The notes beneath the pieces were generated by a model, which saw only the letters and a program-made list of their open reading frames with translations, was not told the DNA's origin and searched no databases. Of a stretch of DNA of 64,000 nt, positions 57,048-64,000 are shown piece by piece (within the stretch, counting starts at the first letter, position 1; each line of letters starts with the position of its first letter). The stretch lies in NCBI GenBank assembly GCA_963772455.1, contig CAVYXJ010000007.1, forward strand, positions 288,001 to 352,000. Reading direction: 5' to 3'. Source of the stretch: Candidatus Bathyarchaeota archaeon (GTDB taxonomy: Archaea > Thermoproteota > Bathyarchaeia > Bathyarchaeales > Bathycorpusculaceae). Made by a program: the position numbers and the translations under genes.

Positions 57048-57324
57048 AACTGTGACACTTCTTTGCCGTTCATATTGTAAGGGTTCCTTATATCTGCTAT
57101 GCTTGGAATCAGGGTTTATTGCTACAGAAAAAAATGGTTTCAAAAAATTCTTTAGCTACATTTGTTTATGAGTTAATTAGAGTTCTATTGAAAATCATAG
57201 ACTCGATGATCCATAATTATTCATAGAATTCGACTAGAATGATGATTATTTCACATTTTTAAATTTTAATAGTTTCGTAAATTTATTAAGTTGGGTTCTT
57301 GCCTACTTTATTTGTGGAATCGTT

Positions 57325-58359
57325 TTGGGCGTAAACTTCAAAGACCTAATACCAAAAACCCAGGTAAAACTTGAAGACCTGGGCGGTAAAATCATAGCCA
57401 TTGACGCATACAACGCTATTTACCAGTTTCTAAGCATCATCCGCCAACCCGACGGAACCCCGCTCAAAGACAGCACAGGAAAAATCACAAGCCATCTAAG
57501 TGGCTTATTCTACCGAACAAGCAACCTGGTTGAAATGGGTATAAAACCAATCTATGTTTTCGATGGCACCCCACCCACTCTAAAGTCAGCAGAAATAGAA
57601 CGGCGAAAACAAGTCAAAGTCGAAGCCATCGCCAGCTACGCAAAAGCCGTGGCAAGAGGCGACACGACCAAAATGCGAACCTTTGCTTCAATGGCAACAA
57701 GCATGAAAGATTACATGCGAGACGACAGCAAAAAACTCTTAGACCTAATGGGATTACCTTGGGTGCAAGCTCCAAGTGAAGGCGAAGCGCAAGCGGCGTA
57801 CATGACAAAAAAGGGTGATGCAGATTTTTGTGCAAGCCAAGACTACGATAGTCTTCTTTTTGGAGCACCTAAACTACTTAGAAATGTAACAATCTCAGGC
57901 ACAAGAAAACGTGCAGGCACTAAAACGCGAGTCGAGGTTATTCCTGAAGTAATTGAATTGTCAAAAACTCTTGGACAATGTGAATTGACTCGTGAACAAT
58001 TAATTGATGTCGGAATATTGATTGGTACTGATTTCAACCCTGATGGCATAAAGGGGCTAGGACCAAAAACATCATTGAAATTGATCAAACAATATGGCAC
58101 AATTGAAAATGCTATACCTCATATAAAGAATCCTAGCTTTCCTGTTGAACCGAACTGTATACGGAAAATCTTTCTTCACCCAGAAGTCACTGACAACTAC
58201 AAAATAGAATGGAGAGAACCTGATGAAACAAAATTAATTGATTTTATGTCCAGGGAAAAAGAATTTGGTGAAGATCGAATTAAAAAATCTTTAGACAGAA
58301 TGACTGCTGGTAACAAAAAACAGAAAGGCAAAGTCTCGCTGGAAAAATGGTTCGGATAA
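57325..58359 (+). CDS. fen: Flap endonuclease 1
   Basis: DAYNAIYQFL, ITSHLSG, PSEGEAQAA, SQDYD and GTDFN motifs; C-terminal PIP-like SLEKWF. Confidence 0.97.
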   Translation: MGVNFKDLIPKTQVKLEDLGGKIIAIDAYNAIYQFLSIIRQPDGTPLKDSTGKITSHLSGLFYRTSNLVEMGIKPIYVFDGTPPTLKSAEIERRKQVKVEAIASYAKAVARGDTTKMRTFASMATSMKDYMRDDSKKLLDLMGLPWVQAPSEGEAQAAYMTKKGDADFCASQDYDSLLFGAPKLLRNVTISGTRKRAGTKTRVEVIPEVIELSKTLGQCELTREQLIDVGILIGTDFNPDGIKGLGPKTSLKLIKQYGTIENAIPHIKNPSFPVEPNCIRKIFLHPEVTDNYKIEWREPDETKLIDFMSREKEFGEDRIKKSLDRMTAGNKKQKGKVSLEKWFG

Positions 58360-58376
58360 GAAAAAGAAAATAAAGG

Positions 58377-60207
58377 TTACTTTACAGTGACTGATTTTGC
58401 CAAATTACGAGGCATATCAGGGTTAAAGCCTTTTTCCAAAGACACATAATATGCTAGCAACTGTAAAGGTACGGCAAAAGGAATGGGTGAGAGCACACTT
58501 GGAATACCTTTGGGTACTTCGATGTAATCTTCTGATAAAGACTTGATTTCTTCGTCGCCTTCCTCTATGACGGAAATTATGTGCGCGCCTCGAGCTTTCA
58601 TCTCCATAATGTTCCCGATAACGGTTTTATGCGTGTCGTCTCTAGGGCATATGAATACAACTGGGAAACCATTTTCGATAAGACTAATGGGACCATGTTT
58701 GCTTTCACCTGCGGGAAACGCGATGGATGGAATATAAGCGATTTCCATGAGTTTTAGTCTGCCTTCAAACGCTGTGGCGGTACTTATGCCTCTACCTAAG
58801 AAGAAGAACACTTTACAGGCCGCATATTTCTTGGCAATTTTTTTAATTTTTCCTTCCTGTGTCCGCACAATTGTTTCTACGTCTTCCGGCATCTTTTTGA
58901 GGTTCTCTTCAAGGCAATCCATTTCATCTTGAGATATCTTGCCACGCTTCTTGGATAACTTTCAAAGCGAGCTGGGCTAAAACGGAGAGCTGCGAGGTGA
59001 ATGTTTTAGTGGCGGCGACACCGATTTCTGGACCTGCCTGGGTCCCAATGTAAACTCTGGAAATCCGAGTCATAGTTGAACCAATAACGTTGGTTAAACT
59101 TAGCACAGTTGCTGCACGTTGTTGTGCACAACTTACTGCGGCAATTGTGTCTGCGGTTTCGCCTGATTGACTAACAGCTAAGATGGTGCTGTCGATGCTG
59201 ACAGATTTGCCACATTGCTCTAAAAACTCAGAAGCATAAACTGGATAAGTTGGCAAGAATGCCAATTTGGAAAACATATAGGAAGCCGCAAGGCAAGCAT
59301 GGTAACTTGTTCCGCAGGCAACCAGAAACACTTCGGTAGCTCGGTCTAGAAAAGTGGCAAGTAAATCCAAGTAATGGTCCTGGATACGTAGAGTGTTGCG
59401 TAAGGTTTCGGGTTGTTCATGGATTTCTTTTATCATAAAGTGCGGATAACCCTGCTTAACCGCCATTTCTGCAGTCCACTCAACGGTTATGGGATCACGC
59501 TCTATGGTGCTGTTATCTGAGATTCTTCGGATTTCGTATCCGTCAGAGGTAAGAATGACGAGTTCGCCGTTGTTTATCATAACGGCTTTGTTAGTCACAT
59601 CCAAAAATGCGGGAATATCACTCGCACAGAAGACCCCGTTGTCATTGATTCCTAAGACTAATGGGCTTTCATTTCGAGCACAGATAATACTGTCGGGTTC
59701 ACGTGTCGAGATGATGGCAAATGCGTAGGAGCCTTCGATTCGTTTAAGGCTCTCCGTCACTGCCTGTTGAAGACTAAGTTTGGGGTTTTGTTTGAGTGTT
59801 TCCTCAATTAGATGAGGCATAACTTCGGTGTCTGTTTTTGAAACAAACTCGTGACCGAGGTTTTCCAGTTCACTCTTGAGCTCCATGAAGTTTTCAATGA
59901 TTCCGTTGTGAACAACTGCTATTTCGCCTTTACAATCTGTGTGGGGGTGAGAGTTAATTTTTAAGGGTGCACCATGAGTTGCCCATCGAGTGTGTCCTAT
60001 GCCTATACTGCCGGGCATGTTGTCGAGGTTGACAATTTTGTCTACCTCGTCGATTTTGCCTGCATCTTTTTTTATGAAGATTTTTCCATCCGAGATTGTT
60101 GCTATGCCGACTGAATCGTAGCCTCGATATTCTAAATGTTTTAGAGATGAATGGATGAGGGGTGCAGCGTTTCCTTCTTTTAAAATACAGCCAAATATTC
60201 CACACAT
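58377..60207 (-). CDS. glmS: Glutamine--fructose-6-phosphate aminotransferase (split by a +1 frameshift near 58962)
   Basis: MCGIFG, GHTRWATHG, HNGIIEN, SQSGETAD, KHGP and PRNLAKSVTV motifs. Confidence 0.95.
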
Positions 60208-60292
60208 TTTTTGATGCCTTCGAGCGATTCTTGTATTGAATGTCCTTATGGAGACCGAGTTTTGCTATTAAGCTTTTTTAACATAAGAGTTT

Positions 60293-60320
60293 GACTACTA
60301 AAAAGTTTTTTTTAAGAGTC
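60293..60320. promoter_or_regulatory. Imperfect inverted repeat between glmS and the divergent regulator (candidate operator)
   Basis: GACTacTAAAAA-GTTT-TTTTTAagAGTC; 10 of 12 arm positions pair. Confidence 0.4.
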
Positions 60321-60422
60321 CACCACCCAATTTGAATGCAACGAAGCCTGAAGACAACTTTTTTCACAAGATATTTTGAACCCTTACAAATAAATTTTTT
60401 ATAGTACCTTGGCTTATTCTTA

Positions 60423-61395
60423 GTGAACAAAATGCAAAGAAAACTTCTACTTCAAGACCACGACAACATTCAAGAAGTAAAAGAAATCAGCGTCCTAACC
60501 GACCCCCAAAATCTAAAAACGATCCTCGGAAGCCTTAGCTGGAAAATTCTCACAATACTCTCAAAAAAAGAAATGTACCCTTTAGAAATTGCTAGGCAAC
60601 TGGGCATGCATGAACAAAAAATTTATTATCACATTAGAATACTCGCCAAAGCAAAAGCCATAATGGTTGTGCGTGAAGAAAAAAAGAAGGGGGCAACAGC
60701 GAAATATTACAAAACTGTTTCTCCAGCATTTGGAATCGAATTTCCACAAGGATACAAACCAATCCAAAACATGTGCTCCATAAGCCTTCATGAGCAGTTG
60801 CAAAAGTTCTTCAAAGAATTCATAGACAACGGTATCTTCGACGGAAAAATCGTTGTCGGCAGTCCTCTGCCACACGGACCATTCAAAACTAGCGCTCGAG
60901 ATGGCCATTATGCCGCGCATTTAGCCCTCTTTCTTGGGCAATTCGCCAAGATGCCAACGGAGTTTGCTGTGAAGTTGGACGTCGATGTGAAGGTGGAGAA
61001 GGAAGAAAAAAATAACCTAATTCTAGTTGGCGGACCTGGAACTAACCTATTAACACAGGAAATAAATGACTATTTACCCATCAAATTTATTATGCAATCT
61101 TCTGGGCAAGGTTTTTTGCTTGGCGGTCTATCATCGAAGAAGACTGGGCAAGTTTATACTTCCGACGTTTCTGGGCGTTGTCGCCAAAATTGTGAATCCG
61201 TGGGATGAAACTAAACGCATTGTGGTTTTAGCTGGCAACAAGGCAGTAGGAACTAAAGCGTGCGTGTTGGCTTTGACGAATTTCTGGAAAAAAACTCTAG
61301 AAAAATACGATGGTGAAGACACTTTTGCTGTGGCGATTCAGGGGTTTGATTTGGATGGAGATGGAAAAGTGGATTCAACTGAGGTTAATGAGTAA
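60423..61395 (+). CDS. ArsR-type HTH regulator fused to an S-layer-C-like domain (+1 frameshift near 61175)
   Basis: HTH YPLEIARQLG.HEQKIYYH; NLILVGGPGTN and IVVLAG...GTKA motifs; GFDLDGDGKVD tail. Confidence 0.75.
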
Positions 61396-61397
61396 TC

Positions 61398-61833
61398 TTG
61401 ACCATTAAACAAACAACAGAGGTATTTTGGGCGCTTGGACATGCAAATATTCATGCGGTCCACCCAACGACTTTGATGTTCACTAAGGATATTCATGTTT
61501 CTTTGAAGGGTGATTGCATAGTGGCAATGTCAGCTGACAAATCTGTCGCAGATTTAAGCTGTCCAATTCAAGGAGGAACTTCGTAAGCCAAACGCTAAGT
61601 TGACTATCACAGTCGAAGTGGGAGACCTTAGAGAAGAAATCAAAGCTGTTGGCTCACCTAAGCTTTGTTTGTGTCACCCGACTGACATTGTAATTAGGAA
61701 GAGTGATTATATCTGCAGTAGAACGTTGGCGATTTGGGCTGATAAATCCTCAAGTGATTTATCAAGAGAAATTGTGGAAAAACTCCAGAACCCTAAACAA
61801 AAAGTCAAAATAACGCTTAAAGTAGAGAGTTAA
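61398..61833 (+). CDS. DUF371 family protein (+1 frameshift near 61560)
   Basis: GH.NI.A.HPTT, GDCI and IVIRKS.Y...RTLAI.ADK motifs. Confidence 0.88.
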
Positions 61834-62900
61834 ACGATTTTAGCGTCTAATACCACTTGAGACTCAAACGGTGCGGTTTCGCGAATACTTTTTGCATAAA
61901 GAAAAGACTCAACTTTTCGATTATTCTTTTCAACTAATCTCATGAAGCGTTGTTTGAGGTCTTCTATAGTGTCAGGTGAACGGACAAAGCTGTAGAAATG
62001 AGCTATTCCCCCTTCAGGTTTTATTGCGTTGCAAGCTGCGTCAACAAAGTCGATGGCTGTTTCTGGTAGATTCATAATTACCCGATCTGCGGAACCTTTA
62101 AGCGTGGTTGCAGCGATTTCCCGTGCATCTGCCAATATTGGGTATACGTTATTTTCCACTTTGTTTACTCTCACGTTAACCTTAAGAAAATTAAAAGCAT
62201 CAGGATTAAGATCCACAGCGTAAACTTTCGCAATCGGATTTCGTTTACCAATTAACACTGAGAAGGGTCCAACACCAGCAAATAAATCTGCTATTGTTTC
62301 GCCAACTTGCACAGTCATCGCTACTCGTTCATGCTCATGCGACAGTCGAGGCGAAAAATATGCTTTAGCTATGTCAACATGATATTGACAACCGAATTCT
62401 TTGTGAATAGTTTCAGTTTTTTTTTCTCCTGCGATGTAATCGTAATCGCGAACCCGAAAAATACCACTAATGTCGCTGGCTTTAGCGAGAATTGTTGTTA
62501 CGTTTTTTTGCGTAGCCAGAATTGCCTCGCCGATTAAGCTCTGATATGCTTTAAGCTGAGGAGGGATGTCAATAACAACAATGTCACCAATTATATCGAA
62601 GGCTTGAGGAACTTTAGCAAGCAACTCATTTGGTAGTTTATCCTGGAGGGCTTGAGTTAGGGTTTCTGGAGGAAGTTGTTTTTCGCTGAAAACAGCGAAG
62701 TAAATTGCAAATTTATGTATCTGACTTTCCAAAGTTGTTAATTCGATACCTTCTGGTTCTCTGACCAGAGGAATGCAGAGAGATTCGTTTTCACGTTGAA
62801 TAACCAAAGATTTGTCCGCGAGTCCAAACTTTGTTGCTAACCTAATTGTTTTTTCACCTTGACTTTTCGGAACTTTAATGCAAACAGAGGGTCTGGGCAT
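61830..62900 (-). CDS. trm5: Trm5/Met10+ class I SAM tRNA methyltransferase
   Basis: FDIIGDI, YFSPRLS.E, DLFAGVGPF, D.NP and MNLP motifs. Confidence 0.9.
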   Translation of the reverse strand: MPRPSVCIKVPKSQGEKTIRLATKFGLADKSLVIQRENESLCIPLVREPEGIELTTLESQIHKFAIYFAVFSEKQLPPETLTQALQDKLPNELLAKVPQAFDIIGDIVVIDIPPQLKAYQSLIGEAILATQKNVTTILAKASDISGIFRVRDYDYIAGEKKTETIHKEFGCQYHVDIAKAYFSPRLSHEHERVAMTVQVGETIADLFAGVGPFSVLIGKRNPIAKVYAVDLNPDAFNFLKVNVRVNKVENNVYPILADAREIAATTLKGSADRVIMNLPETAIDFVDAACNAIKPEGGIAHFYSFVRSPDTIEDLKQRFMRLVEKNNRKVESFLYAKSIRETAPFESQVVLDAKIV

Positions 62901-62906
62901 TTTCGG

Positions 62907-63942
62907 TCAGCTTTTTTCTATCCTGTACAAATTGTTTACTTTTTGGATTGTGAATTTAACGTTCAACATTTTTTCCATAAGCCAAATATTAGATTCAATA
63001 TGCTCGGATACTGCTCGAGCAAGAAAAGCTGATTTTCCGCTTGTAAATGCCATGTAAGGAATAAGCATGTCAGCAAGGTATATGTCCACTGTCGGTTTAG
63101 CTTCGAGCTCGGCGCTTAGTCTTTGCGCGACTTCTTTTCCCACGACTTCACTCATTTTTCTGAGTTCTCCAATTGCGTCCGCACCTAAAGTAACACCTGT
63201 GTCGGTTTCAGCCCACAATACAATAGAACTACCCTTCTGAATGTGGTTCGATTGATCGTTTACGACTTTAATATCTGGATTAAAACCATTCTGCATGAGA
63301 TAGTCTTTCGCGGCTTCTGCTTGTCGTTCCGCAACCTTTCTATCAGCTAAGAAAGTGCAAACAGATACACCCTTAATGGAGTTGCAATTTTCCATAATTA
63401 TTCAACTCAATGGGTTTTAATTGATGGTTTGGTTTAACCGTTATTGTTACTTCACCCATGCCTTTAGGATAGTAACCATATTTTTGAATTGTTATTTCAG
63501 ATTCAACGCCCATCTTTTTTAAGGTTGGAAGAAATACAAAACGTAAGTAGTTGATGGTTGGAGCATGAATGGTGTCTGTTCCGCCCTTTGCCACATGCAA
63601 ATGCACTGGATTCTTGGCGAACAAACAAATAGGCAAGGTAGCCAACATCAACATTGGTATGCTTCCTGCGGTTTCAATTAAAGCTTCAATATCGCCACCT
63701 TCAATCTCGTCGGGTGTAAACCATAGTTCGCTTGATCCAAGTTTTGCCCCTTGGATTTTAGCATTGCATAGTTTTCCTGCAGTCAACACGGCCTCTAAAT
63801 GTTGAGGTTTTAAGCCTGGCTGTGGTCGGTTTTGCCTGATATTGGTGATGTGGAGAGGTTGTTTAGTGATGGTTGCCAAGGCTATGGATAGGCGAAGGAT
63901 TGTACCGCTTCCGCTTTTTTGGCTTCCATCGATTTCCATCAT
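62907..63942 (-). CDS. rtcA: RNA 3'-terminal phosphate cyclase (split by a +1 frameshift near 63390)
   Basis: IDGS..SG.G.ILR, RPQPGLKPQH, GGTD, GYYPKGMG and D..LAD.LIPY motifs. Confidence 0.92.
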
Positions 63943-64000
63943 ACAATTTTTTCACTTTGGCTGGTTTGCAAATAATTAATAAGCGGCTGGGATTATTTAG

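Noticed and set aside
57239-57300. C/D box sRNA (ATGATGA C box)
   Set aside because: No CTGA D box at a suitable distance; very AT-rich promoter-like sequence

Overview
Archaeal chromosomal segment, most likely Bathyarchaeia/TACK. This is an inference from the combination of a eukaryote-like topoisomerase IB, TFE-beta/RPC34, Ftr, form III RuBisCO and frequent TTG/GTG starts. Most of the window is housekeeping genes: aRF1, aIF2-alpha, uS15, KEOPS kae1/bud32/pcc1, RecJ-like DHH, proteasome beta, Cdc48, EF-1beta, FEN1, GlmS, TruD, Trm5 and RtcA. Accessory parts are: (i) two back-to-back decayed tRNA-integrated islets flanking divergent tRNA-Leu(TAG) and tRNA-Thr(GGT), carrying a P-type ATPase, a three-repeat surface protein and an integrase relic in one, and hicBA plus an orphan vapB in the other, with an odd TG-rich repeat spacer between the tRNAs; (ii) a GT-C + PMT + GT2 operon resembling a protein O-mannosylation system; (iii) a complete AMP phosphorylase/R15P isomerase/RuBisCO cluster with a divergent GH3 acyl-amido synthetase; (iv) a redox locus trxB - (ferredoxin-MvhD)x2 - nfnA - nfnB, divergent from a rubredoxin-pyruvate oxidase-like fusion; (v) an ArsR-HTH/S-layer-C-domain regulator divergent from glmS. 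About ten single-base +1 frameshifts between 40 and 64 kb hit essential genes and are best read as sequencing errors. All calls come from motif recognition by eye; no database searches were run.
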